From Octopus sinensis (taxonomy: Eukaryota), in NCBI RefSeq assembly GCF_006345805.1, contig NC_043011.1, forward strand, positions 57,300,464-57,364,463: a stretch of DNA of 64,000 nt, read 5' to 3'. This document shows positions 12,919 to 24,766 of the stretch, piece after piece. Numbering within the stretch: the first letter of the stretch is position 1; each line of letters begins with the position of its first letter. The translations under genes and the position numbers were made by a program. The notes under the pieces were generated by a model, which was not told the origin of the DNA, did not search any database, and saw only the letters and a program-made list of their open reading frames with translations.

Positions 12919-12960
12919 TCCATCTATCTATCTAGCTAAGCTGAGCTGGGCTGGGCTGAC

Positions 12961-13850
12961 TTTCTTTATTGGCCATAGAGGGGACAAATACAAATGAAAA
13001 AGGGAAAAAAGGAGAACATATGTAAAATTCCGATCAAAAGGGATCGTATATTGCAGAAGAAATTTATTTAAAAAATATCCGAAGCAAGATTAGGTTCACC
13101 CGTGGAAAGAAAAGCCTACAGAAAAGACCACGGTAACCTCAGGCAGGGAAGAATAAACACATGAGAGCAAAGTGCTCTCTCTCTCTCTTTACGATTTACA
13201 GGATCATACTCAAAGTAGTTTCTTCGCTCGCACGCACCATCCTTGCGACATTCACCTACCCTTTTTTGAAACTTTCACGAGGCAAAACCTGCCTCTCCAT
13301 GCTCACCTTCCTTTACAAGTGGTACTTGAAAAAGTTGATGAGTAATTGGCCAGAGAGGTAAGTGTTTGTCTCTAATCCTTTCGCTCGAGTCCACCACACA
13401 CATTCTTTCGCCATGGCCACGATGAAGATTGCCTTGCCTTTCCGGTTGAGGGGAAGGTGGCGGAGCAATTGTCACGATAGATTCGGCCGACAGGCGGACT
13501 CGTCCCACAGGTGACAGCAGCCGTTCGGCATAAGCCACAGGTCCGAAATGGTTGGACACTGCACGAGTGCATGCGGAGCAGTTTCGTCACTCTGACTGCA
13601 TCTCGGGCAAGTCGGTCCGGTGTGTCTCGAACCGTGCCTGTAGAGCTTATCCCGAACAGGTAATGGCTTCTCGATAGCACTGCCAGGCCAGGGATCTTTG
13701 GTGATTGTCCATGGGTCCCGGCCCGAAAGTTGTCCTGAACAGTGGGGTCAGCTGTTCCTCGTCGACGCCCAGTTGGAAACGTCTGAGTAGGTCTTTGAGG
13801 CATTTGCATTCCCTCCTATTACTATCTCTGCCCACGTAGTCTATTCCACT
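12961..13850 (-). mobile_element. 5'-truncated Tx1/L1-clade LINE (ORF2 C-terminus with CCHC knuckle + 3' UTR)
   Basis: LTPLFRTTFGPGPMDNHQRSLAWQCYRE...CPRCSQSDETAPHALVQC across frameshifts; 3' end ATGGCCAATAAAGAAA. Confidence 0.8.
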
Positions 13851-14563
13851 CAGTAGCCACATAGACTTTTGCACTAGAAATAAAAATCCCAAATTTCGTA
13901 TATTCCCTTTCTATCAATGTAAAGACGGGATCTCTATACAAGAAAGAATCAACAAGGAGAGTTTTTTTATTGAAAAATTCCAAACGCTGGTTAATATGCA
14001 AACTCCACGGTGACTGGATTCCTTTTTCTAGCATCCTGTTTGACAAAAAACAGATATAAGCATCCTGTATTGACAAAAAATCCAGCATTCCAATTAAAGA
14101 GTATAAAATCCACAGAATTGTCTCCCCTTATTCACAAGAACTGGATAACACCTGCTCCATTTCCTGTTTTGACACATAAACATCCAACCTTTTCAAACAA
14201 AACGCTACACCAAAACATATGCATCCTAATCCTCCAAAGAAGATTTTCCATGGAATAATATTGAAATTTAAAAGCATAAAGACACTAGAACGTATTGGTA
14301 TACTTATTTATTAATTTTTGTATATATTTATTATTTCTTTGAAAAAACATTGTAAATTTTTTTTCCCCTTCCTCATCTTAAAATTTTTTCCCCTTTCAAA
14401 TCTTGAAAATTTGCCTTGCATTCAAAGCCTGTTTGATTTCCTTTTTTAATTTTTTGTACACCTATTTATATTAAAATTTGGTTTCAGTTTAGCATTGTGC
14501 CTTATTATTATTTTTTTCCCCTCCTATCATTTCTTCACATGCGGTTAACACAACCCCCATTTC

Positions 14564-14623
<60 letters not shown>

Positions 14624-14641
14624 TATATATATATATATATT

Positions 14642-14719
<78 letters not shown>

Positions 14720-14722
14720 GAA

Positions 14723-15052
14723 GGGCATCATGGCTCAGTGGTTAGATTGTCGAGCTTTCGATCGTGAGGTTGGGAATTCGATTCCCTGACCTGGCTGTAT
14801 GTTGTGTTCTTGAGCAAGACACTTCATTTCACGTTGCTCCAGTTCCCTCATCTGTAGAAATGAGTTGCGACATCACTGGTGCCAAGCTGTATCGGCCCCT
14901 TTGCCTTTCCCTTGGATAACATCAATGGTGTGGAGAGGGGAGGCTGGTATGCATGGGTGACTGCTAGCCTTCAACAAACAATCCAGCCCAGACTTGTGCC
15001 TCGGAGGTGAACTTTCTAGGTTCAATCCCATGGTCATTCACGACCGAAGGGG
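14723..15052 (+). mobile_element. SINE family B head with alternative tail (type 3)
   Basis: A box TGGCTCAGTGG, B box GAATTCGATTCC, CORE-like GTGTTCTTGAGCAAGACACTT; the 3' half differs from the 48558 copy. Confidence 0.8.
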
Positions 15053-15283
15053 CTCCTCCTCCTTCTCTTCTTCCTCCTCCTCCCCTCCTCCTCCTCTTGC
15101 CCCTCCTCCTCTTCCTCCGTATATATATATATATATATATATATACGTATATATATATGCACATATGCATTTTGGGTACTTCACCAGCAGTATATTGGAT
15201 AACTGATATCCCATAGTGGTTACACTCACAACCTCTATCTCACTTTGTACGTATATATATATAAATATATATAATATATATAT

Positions 15284-15315
<32 letters not shown>

Positions 15316-15531
15316 TATATCATACATATATATATACTTATATATATATGTGTATATATATTATACATATATTATATATATACGTGTATATCTATATCTA
15401 CATATATATATACGTGTATATATATATATATACTACATATATATACGTGTATATATACATATATACGTGTATATATTATATACGTGTATATATTACGTGT
15501 ATAATATAATATATGTATATATCTATCTATC

Positions 15532-15580
<49 letters not shown>

Positions 15581-15592
15581 TATATAACATAT

Positions 15593-15998
15593 ATAGGCGC
15601 AGGCGTGGCTGTGATAGGCGCAGGCGTGGCTGTGTGGTAAGTAGCTTGCTTACCGACCACATGGTTCAGGTTTCAGTCCCACTACGTGGCACCTTAGGAA
15701 AGTGTCTTCTACTATAGCCTCGGGCTGACCAAAGCCTTGTGAGTGGATTTGGTAGACGGAAGCTGAAAGAAGCCTGTCGTTTATATGTGTATATATGTTT
15801 GTGTGTATGTGTTTGTCCTCCAGCATCGCTTGACAACCGATGCTGGTGTGTTTACGTCCCCGTAACCTAGCGGTTCGGCAAAGGAGACCGATAGAATAAG
15901 TACTAGGCTTACAAACAATAAGTCCTGGGGTCGATTTGCCCGACTAAGGGTGGTGCTCTAGCATTACCACAGTCAAATGACTGAAACAAGTAAAAGAG
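15593..15998 (+). mobile_element. SINE family A with a 21-bp tandem duplication of its 5' end
   Basis: ATAGGCGCAGGCGTGGCTGTG at 15593-15613 and 15614-15634. Confidence 0.9.
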
Positions 15999-16007
15999 AA
16001 TATATAC

Positions 16008-16050
<43 letters not shown>

Positions 16051-16054
16051 TATA

Positions 16055-16104
<50 letters not shown>

Positions 16105-17675
16105 TATATATATATATAATATACTACTATATATATATATATATATTAATATATATATATATTATATATATATATATATATCTATATATATATATATATA
16201 TATATATATGTGCGTGGGGGTTATATACGCGAATATACACACACAGCTGTTATATACACGTATAAATATGTTTAGGCACACATGAAATATGTCGTGCTTG
16301 CTTTGAGAAAATACGTTATAATATTTTCCCGAAGTCACTAAATAATAAATATCAACAACAATGGTAACAACCTCAACAACACCAGCAGCTATACGTACCA
16401 TCACTTGTGCCATTAGTATTATTGAACAATAACAATAACAGGAACCAAAGAAAAAAACAACAAACTTTACTAATAAATGAAAAGAAAGATACCTGAAGCA
16501 AAAAAAAAAAAAGCCAAAAAAATCCTCAAAGTGCAGCTATTGTATAAAAATGATGAATAAACAGAATAATTGAAAGTGTAACAAAGCTTCTGTATTTTTG
16601 TATAGATTTTTGTGTTGGTTGTTCATTCTCTAGACTCGTTCAAATAACATTCTTATATTCTAGAATTAGTGTTATGGCGACTAATCAAACAGTGAAGTCG
16701 AGTGTTGCGTAAATGGCGGCTAGCGTGAATAAATATTATCTTTACCTATCAAAAATGTCAATTGATTTTGTTCAGAGTTCTAGTGATGTCATAAAAAAGT
16801 TTTTAATCGTAAAATATATATTCCCTTACCTTGTTATTTTTTTTTAAGTAGAAACTCGCATTAAAACAACATGTGTTATAGAATTCAGCTGCTAACATAG
16901 AACTATTGCGTAATAAACTTGTTTTAATATATAAAGTTTGGCGATATATATTGTTATAATTCCTACTTTGGAGTCTGCGAGGAATCATCTCCCACCGCTT
17001 CAAAAGGAAACAACAACAACAACGACAGTACAAAACAAAAGGAAGGAAAAAAAACAACCAAAAACAATCATCTGCAGGAAAATTGTTCAGATTAATCTTA
17101 GAGAATGTCGCTGAAGATGTTCTGTAGTGAAATATCATTTGGACTAAAAGTGTTTTCAGTTCAATTCAGTTGAAAAGCGAAGCAATTTGATTAAATCTCA
17201 AATAAATTTGGAATCAAGGAAATGAGTCTCTGTGGTAATATATTCAATAAAATGGCGAGTGTGCAAAATGTGTCAAGATAATGTAAGAGAAAACATCAAT
17301 CAAATTCAGAAAGGAAGAACAAAATATGATATGTGAACAAAGCATGACCAATTGAGAAGTGTATTTCATAAATTAAGTGAGACATTTAATATTATTTGAC
17401 TAAGATATATTAAATTGTATGACCCAGAAGAATGGCTGACAAATAGAATATTTTACGAGGCATACGCTACTATGGTGATGTTCGCACTTTTCACAAAGTT
17501 TCCCGCAGAATTTATCTTTGAGTTAGTATAAAAAAATTCTCAGAATGCTGCTGCATCTAGTTGAGAATTAAGTTGGTTTATCACATAGTGACTCAATCTC
17601 AAAGACAACTTTAAAGATTGAAAGAGTATACAGTTTCTTTGGCTGAGTGCTATAATGATATTATTATTATTATTG

Positions 17676-17872
17676 AGGCGGCGAGCTGGCAGAATCGCTA
17701 GAAGGCCGGTCGAAATGTTCTGAGTTCAAATTCCGTCGAGGTCAACTTTGCTTTTCATCCTTTCGGGGTCGATAAATTAGATACAAGTGCCGTACTGGGG
17801 TCGATCTAATCAACTGGCCTCCACCCCCAAAATTTCAGGCCTTGTACCTATAGTAGAAAGGATTATTATTAT
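17676..17872 (+). mobile_element. SINE family D, flanked by (TTA)n on both sides
   Basis: GGCGGCGAGCTGGCAGAATCG (A box)...GAGTTCAAATTCC (B box)...CATCCTTTCGGGGTCGATAAATT...AGAAAGG(ATT)n. Confidence 0.85.
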
Positions 17873-17930
17873 TATTATTATTATTATATTATTATTATTA
17901 TATTATTATTATTATTATTAATTATTATTT

Positions 17931-18780
17931 TCAGTAGTTTATTTTTATAGCGTGCTTTCACTTCACTACCGAGCACAGCTCTGTGTGCCTTGGTATGTGC
18001 TGTGATTTGTTGTGATGCTCTGATGGTTATTGTATGGAAAGTGTTCTGCGTAGGATGTGTGCAGTGCCTAGTAGTGCAATTTTCTGTATGTTATATGTGT
18101 TTGTAAGTCCTGGTGTTTTTGTTTGTTATGTATTTGTCTGATATTTTTTTATCATGCCTAATGCACCTACTATGATAGGAATGTTTCTGTTTTCAGATTC
18201 CACATTCTAGTTACCTCTATTTCCAGGTCTTTGTATTTTGAGAGTTTCTCCATTTCTTTTAGAGACACGTTGTCATCAGCCGGTATTGATACATCAATTA
18301 GAAAGCATTTTTTTTCTTCATGATCTCTGACAACTATATCTGGTCTTTGGCCTTAATTTCTCTATCTGTGTGTATCGGCATATCCCAGAGTATGGTGCTT
18401 TCTCGTTTTCTGTGACCTTTTCTGGTGTGTGCCTATACCATCTTTTTTCTGTTGTTATTCCATAATGTTGGCATAGCTTCCAATGTATGTAGGTTCCAAG
18501 TCTGTCATGTCTGTGAATATATTCCTTCTTAGCCAAAACTGGGCAGCTAATATATATGATTTATTGTTTCTTGTCCATCTCCCATATTCTGCAGTACTTG
18601 TAATATTTCTTTTCATTACATGTTTTTGGTAATTTCTGGTTCCCCACCAGGCTTTGGTCTTGTGCTGCAATTAAAAATCCCTCTGTTTCTGCTTTGAGTC
18701 CTGAGCTTCTCAACCATTGCTGGGATTTTTCTTTGGCTATTTCTTTTGCGTTTAGTTTAGTCCAGTAAACTAAACGTTTA
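17931..18780 (-). mobile_element. 5'-truncated R4/Dong-like RLE LINE (zinc knuckle + PD-D endonuclease + 3' UTR), subfamily 1
   Basis: LRSSGLKAETEGFLIAAQDQ...EYIHRHDRLGTYIHWKLC...RPDIVVRD...LIDVSIPADDN...KYKDLEIEVTRMW...LLGTAHILRRTLSIQ*; (TAA)n on both sides in sense orientation. Confidence 0.88.
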
Positions 18781-18837
<57 letters not shown>

Positions 18838-18855
18838 TTATTATTATTATTATAT

Positions 18856-20390
18856 GATAACTCACAGCTTATTTTGCAGGGTATGATGGTAAGTGTCAGC
18901 TGTCCACAGCCAGCAGACTAAGGTGGCACTTGTTTTATTAGCCATACTTCAAGAACCCTGCGAAGAATTTTTGCAGTTCCAAGTAATGCTGATTTTTGTA
19001 GGTGTTCTACCTTCACATTTGTACCGATCTTTTTCAGTCATATTGGTAGTTGAGTACTGATACTTACAAGTGCACCAATAACTATTGGTATCACGTCTAC
19101 TCTCTTCATTGACCACAACCTTCGTATTTCACACTTTGAATCATCATAACTGTTTATTTTTTTCTTCTTCTTTCACATTGATCCTATTGTTCTCCTATGT
19201 GTTCTTCCTTTTTTATTCACCACAACAATGTCCGATTTCCGATGTCTGGTAAGGTGATCGCACTGGATCATTGCATCCCACCAAATTTTGCAATTCTCAT
19301 TTTCAGTGACTCCTGGAGTTTGCTCATACTACGTCTTTGCTCTTTCTAGGACGTGATTTCCACAGAGTTTCCAATGAATCATTCTTGTCACATTGTCATG
19401 GCGTCTTTTGTATTCGCGTTGTGCCAATTTCGGGCATTCGCTAACGATGTGCCATACCGTTTCACTCCTCTCACCACACATTCTGCATTTGTCACTATCG
19501 GTAGTGTTGTCAATTCTGCACTTCATATAATTAGTCCTTAATGCTTGTTCCTGAGCTGCGCACATGAGTGCTTCTGTCGCTATCTTCAGGTCACTCCTCC
19601 TCATCCATAGCCACCGGTCCTCTGCATCTGTCTTGGCGTTCACATCTCTTGCAAACTGACCGTACATTTTCTTTTCCTTCCAGGCTTCTTTTTTGTCCAT
19701 TTCTTGTTTAAATTTTTCTTTAGTTACACAATTTTCAATTTTGATGACGCCGGCCTTCATGTGTTTCAACAATGGCTCCACGGCATTTTTTATATACCAC
19801 CCTAGGCTGTTTTCCTCTACTTCGATACAGTCCAGGCAACTGATGAAGCCTCTCCCACACTTCCTTATGGGCAAATACAACATATCGGTGTCACTCTTAT
19901 GGTGGATGGTTACGTGTACTGCCAACATTTTTCTAGCCTTGGTATCCATTTTCTTCATTACTCTTTTTTGCCATTTTATAATTCCTGCTTCATACCGAAA
20001 TAATGCTACCGCCCACGTATTAACTGCTTGGATTTCATTCCATCCAGCCAATTTTGAGCGCAACACCAACCCCTCAGTCTTCGGAAATACGCCTCCTCAG
20101 TTGCTTTTTCATTTCTTTTTCCATTATCTCGTTGAACTCTAGTACACCAAGGTATTTGTATCCCTACGTTTCAAGTTGCTTAATCAAGTCTCTGTTCGGT
20201 GATTATATCTTTGCTTCTTTTTAGGTAGATTATTCCGCACTTCTTGAGTCCAAGTTCCATTCTAATATCAGTACTAAAACATTGGACCGTGTTCACCAAG
20301 GGGCTCACTTGTGTCTCATCTTTGTCATACAGTTTCAAATCATCCATGAAGAGGAGGTGGTTGATTGTTTAAGGTTTTTCCTTTAGTTGG
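18856..20390 (-). mobile_element. 5'-truncated R4/Dong-like RLE LINE (RT from FMDD to endonuclease), subfamily 2
   Basis: INHLLFMDDLKLY; ORF 19329-20069 with CRMCGERSETVWHIVSECPKLAQREYKRRHD; 3' end followed by (TAA)n at 18782-18853. Confidence 0.9.
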
Positions 20391-20919
20391 TATAAATTAA
20401 ACTGAAATTTAGGATATTATTGTTTAAAAGGTTTGTAAATTGAAGAGAATCACTGTAACGAATCGTTTAAATAAAAAAAAAACCCCAGTTGAAAACCAAT
20501 TTTAGTTAATGAATATTAATAAAGACAATGGTAAGAAAAATGTATAGATTTGACGTAGAGAGGGTCCCTTCCGCTCAGACTCTGTGAATTGAATAAAATC
20601 ATCGAAATAAAACGTGATGAAGACTGAAAATTAATGGTTAATGTAATTATTATTTTATAAGAAACAAATGTTAATTGAACAGAATCGATAAAGGTCGATT
20701 GAAAGCAAAAACCAAAAAAAATGGACAGTAATTTGTATCGAAACAAAAGTTATTTGTTATTGGAACAAATTCGTCTGTCGGGTTATCGGTGGGAGAAAAG
20801 GATAATAATGAATCTCTGACCGAGGTATAAACAGTAACTGTAATTCTTTCCCCGAAATACCAAGCTCCTTTTCTCCCACCGATAACCCGACTGACGAATA
20901 TATATATATACACACACCC

Positions 20920-21130
20920 ACACAAGGGAGTGCTGAAAGGTTCTTGGCTTTGGATGAAAGAAAATAGAGGAGGATCAGTTAATTATGATTTTATTCGACA
21001 TATTCCCCTCCCAAATTCGTATACTTATTGCAGCGATCCTCCAATTATTTTTCTAACTCGGAAGGTTGGGCCTTAAAACAAGCCTTTCCCGAAACCCTTA
21101 AACCCAGGAACTTTTCAGCATCTCCTCGTA
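20920..21130. mobile_element. Mariner-type MITE (~210 bp)
   Basis: Imperfect TIRs CACAAGGGAGTGCTGAAAGGTTCTTGG / CCAGGAACTTTTCAGCATCTCCTCGTA. Confidence 0.7.
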
Positions 21131-21416
21131 TATGTGTGTTTGCTGTATATGTTTGCTACCCATCACCGCTTAACAACTGGTATTAGTTTGTTTATTCAAA
21201 TGTGACATAACAGTTTGGCATAAATGGTCTATAAAATAAGTAACAGATTGTAGGAAAAAATACTGGGGTCGATTTGTTCGACTAAAACCCTTCAAAGAAC
21301 TATCTCAGCATGGCCGCAGTCCAGTGAATGAGACAAATCAAAGATAAACAATAAAGGGCATTAGAAATAACAAGAATGGATTACCTCTACGCCACACAGC
21401 TTCATAACCACACACA

Positions 21417-21604
21417 CAGACGAGGGACTGGGGCTGAAAAGTCCCTGGCTTTAAGGGTATCGTGAGAGGCCTGGTTGAAGGCCCACCCTTCCGAGTTCTT
21501 TTACAGGGCTTAGAAAAACTGAAGGACCGCTGCAATAAGTTGAGAATATGTTGAATAGAGTCTTGATTAATCGATCCTCCTGTATTACCCAAAGCCTTCT
21601 CGTA
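21417..21604. mobile_element. Second copy of the same mariner-type MITE, inverted relative to the first
   Basis: Its reverse complement aligns with 20920-21130 (GGAGGATC..TTAAT...CTTATTGCAGCG..CCT...AACTCGGAAGG). Confidence 0.7.
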
Positions 21605-21616
21605 TATATATATATA

Positions 21617-21800
21617 TTATATAAAATCCGTTCTGTCTGTCTGTATATGTGTCTTCTAGGATCTCGGGCATCCTCCATCCGATTGCGCTCAAATTTGATA
21701 TGTAGATTTCAGGTGAGAATGCGATCGATAAAGCCGTGGGAACGTGCATTTGTACGTGCAAGTACATCAGTCGAAATCCGTCTTTTGCTGGTGTCTCAAA
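21617..21800 (+). mobile_element. Helitron 5' fragment (same family as 39558-40098)
   Basis: TTATATAAAATCCGTTCTGTCTG...CTCGGGCATCCTCCATCCGATTG shared with the 39558 copy. Confidence 0.7.
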
Positions 21801-21984
21801 TTTAGGTTAAATCACTGTTTCTCAAAGGGGAGGCCTATGGAACGGTCGGACAAGTTGTTTTGAGAAAATTTGGTTTAAATGTTTGACAACTCAGCACACA
21901 CACACACACACACACACACCACACAACACACACACACACACACACACACCACACACACACACACAACACACACACACACACACA

Positions 21985-22018
<34 letters not shown>

Positions 22019-22390
22019 TATATATATATATTATTTATATATATATATTTATTTATTTATAAATTGAGGATATAATAATTAACAGTGGCTAGCATATAAA
22101 AAACGGCCATATCGATAAAATTAACTTTTGAAGTATATAATTATAAAAATATAATTATAATTAAGGACACTGGAATATCCTCAATTCATAAGTATAAATA
22201 ATTTTGAGTTCTCTAGTCATTATATCATGCTGCGGGATTGTATTTACCCCATGTGATTTCTGACAGTAACAACATGGCGCGATTAGGTGTAATGTATACG
22301 CGGGAAATAGATATATATATATATATTGGTATCTGTACGAAAATATTTATCGGTATGTATATGTATTTTTTGCTTCAACATTGTCGGTTT

Positions 22391-22428
22391 ATCTCTACTG
22401 ACGAGCATGAAATCTTAAGGTATAGGAT
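22391..22428 (+). ncRNA. Minimal hammerhead-like motif (stem II vestigial)
   Basis: AUCUCUA-CUGACGA-gcau-GAAA-UCUUAAGG-UA-UAGGAU; near-palindromic stem III, 6-bp stem I with one bulge. Confidence 0.4.
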
Positions 22429-22602
22429 TATCCGAAATTAGTAAATCTTCTTGCTCATTCCCTCGCATTCGACCTTGGGTTATAAAATAGAGAAAAAAAT
22501 TTAGAGCGGATTGTCGGTGTTTGACATCTACATCTAGCGTATAGGCGCTGACATTCCATAGCCCTTAATTATAATTACATTTTTATAATTATATACACAT
22601 AA

Positions 22603-23010
22603 TGGCGCAGGAGTGGCTGTGTGGTAAGTAGCTTGTTTACCAACCACATGGTTCCGGGTTCAGTCCCACTGCGTGGCACCTTGGGCAAGTGTCTTCTACT
22701 ATAGCCTCGGGCCGACCAAAGCCTTGTGAGTGGATTTGGTAGACGGAAACTGAAAGAAGCCTGACGTATATATGTATATATATGTATATATGTGTATGTG
22801 TGTGTGTGTTTGTCCCCCTAGCATTGCTTGACAACCGATGCTGGTGTGTTTACGTCTCCGTCACTTAGCGGTTCGGCAAAAGAGACCGATAGAATAAGTA
22901 CTGGGCTTACAAAGAATAAGTCCCGGGGTCGATTTGCTCGACTAAAGGCGGTGCTCCATCATGGCCGCAGGCAAATGACTGAAACAAGTAAAAGATAAAA
23001 GATAAAGATA
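22603..23010 (+). mobile_element. SINE family A, near-consensus
   Basis: Full-length copy. Confidence 0.92.
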
Positions 23011-23418
23011 CGATGGATTCCCGCACAGTTTTCGCCAATCAAATCCACTCGCATGACATTGGTTGGCCAGGAGTTAAAGTTGAGGACATTTATCGCGCTG
23101 CGGAACTGAATCCCAAATCACGAGCTTAATAACTTTTACTGTTTTCATGTCTGCATTAACGTATTTCTGTCTTTTATATTACCCCAGTGTTTGCGTGAGA
23201 GAGAATTTGTTTCTACCGAACATATTTTATTACAGCGTATACTCTACTCTTTTTTTATCTCCCAGAGTTTATATCGATGCATTATTATTTATATTCTACA
23301 AGGAAAAAAAAAAAGAGAATTGAGATCTTTCCTGATGACTACTTCTTGGAAAACTAAAGGTTTGACCTTCTGCAAATTTTCTTATGTTCTTCCGTAGTAG
23401 TCATCTATTTACACACAT

Positions 23419-23483
<65 letters not shown>

Positions 23484-23919
23484 CGCACAGAAACATGCAC
23501 ACACGGACACAGACACTCACACACAGTGGCACATACACTTATGTGTTGCATGTATGTTATTTCGAAATGTACGGATTGCATTGTCATGTGTAACAAGTGT
23601 ATTCGTTATTTAAGCAATCCCGACATGTTGTCATTACCAAATACATTTGATCAATAATAAAACCACTGCTCATATATATTGCTGCTTTTGATTGCTAACA
23701 CCACGTTTATAAAACCATGAAATAGCTACACTATAAACAAAACTTGACTTAAACAGGATTCAAATAACCCTATCAGGTGGTGCTATTAAGTTAGACATGG
23801 CCTGGACCAATCTTTGGTCGAAACATATCTAAGTCTAAGTCTAAGTTTAATACAAAAGCGCATACATACAGTCGCACATGCATTTATATACACATACATT
23901 ACAGCTAACAGAAATGTAT

Positions 23920-24508
23920 TTATGTATTTGAGCCGGAGACAAAGCGACAATCCGCAGTAGAAACACCCTTCTTCATCTGCTCGTTTCATCGGTAGGGAAG
24001 GTGATGGCCTTAGTTTTTTGGAATGCTAAAGGCATTGTGTTTACTGACTGTCTTCAAAAGGGCTACACCCTCAATGGAGAGTACTATGCCAACTTGCTGA
24101 AGCAGTTATGAAAGGCAATCAATACTAAACGCTCAGGGAAACTGACGAAAGGGGTCTTGTTTCATTAGGACAATGTTCCAGCACACAAGGCCTTGGTTTC
24201 AGTGACTGCTCTGCATGACTGGCTTTCAACTGGTCCTTCACTCTCCCTATTCTCCTGATTTGGCCCCTTTCTCACTATCATTTGCTTCCTAACATGAACA
24301 CGTATCGCAGAGATGAGAGGACGTCGTCTCTACTGTTGATGAGTGTTTTGACCAACACCGATGAAATGAAATGTGTGGACCGCAAGGGGTGGGGCTATTA
24401 TGTTATGGACCACAAGGGGTGGGGCTGTTATGTTGAAAAATAAACTGCATTTAATTAACATTCCTTGAGAGTATCTTAGTCAGCCTATGGACTTTTCAGC
24501 TGACCTTC
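23920..24508 (+). pseudogene. Mariner (irritans-like) transposase catalytic-domain relic with 3' TIR
   Basis: FEPETKRQS...VGKVMALVFWNAKGIVF...NGEYYANLL...VLFH*DN.PAH..., a YSPDLAP-like segment, and 3' TIR GTCAGCCTATGGACTTTTCAGCTGACC. Confidence 0.85.
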
Positions 24509-24687
24509 GTGTGTGTGTATATATGTACATATATATATTATACATATATACATAGGGTATTTATATATATATACACACACACACAAAAGTATATGGGGTA
24601 TTGGGGTATTCATTATATATATATACATACATACAAATGTGTGTTTACATACGTGTGTCTATACATGCATGCATACTTACATACACG

Positions 24688-24766
<79 letters not shown>

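Noticed and set aside
13850-14260. AT-rich extension of the Tx1 minus ORFs as more LINE or as a gene
   Set aside because: Abrupt composition change and no recognisable motif; left unassigned.
18266-20101. CTGANGA hits at 18272, 19586, 19840 and 20094 (also 3917, 24142, 27951, 28044, 31219, 34407)
   Set aside because: They fall inside transposon coding relics and lack a proper stem II/GAAA/NUH arrangement.
23326-23365. CTGATGA-ctacttcttg-GAAA as a hammerhead
   Set aside because: No stem II pairing beyond one C-G pair; stems I and III do not form.
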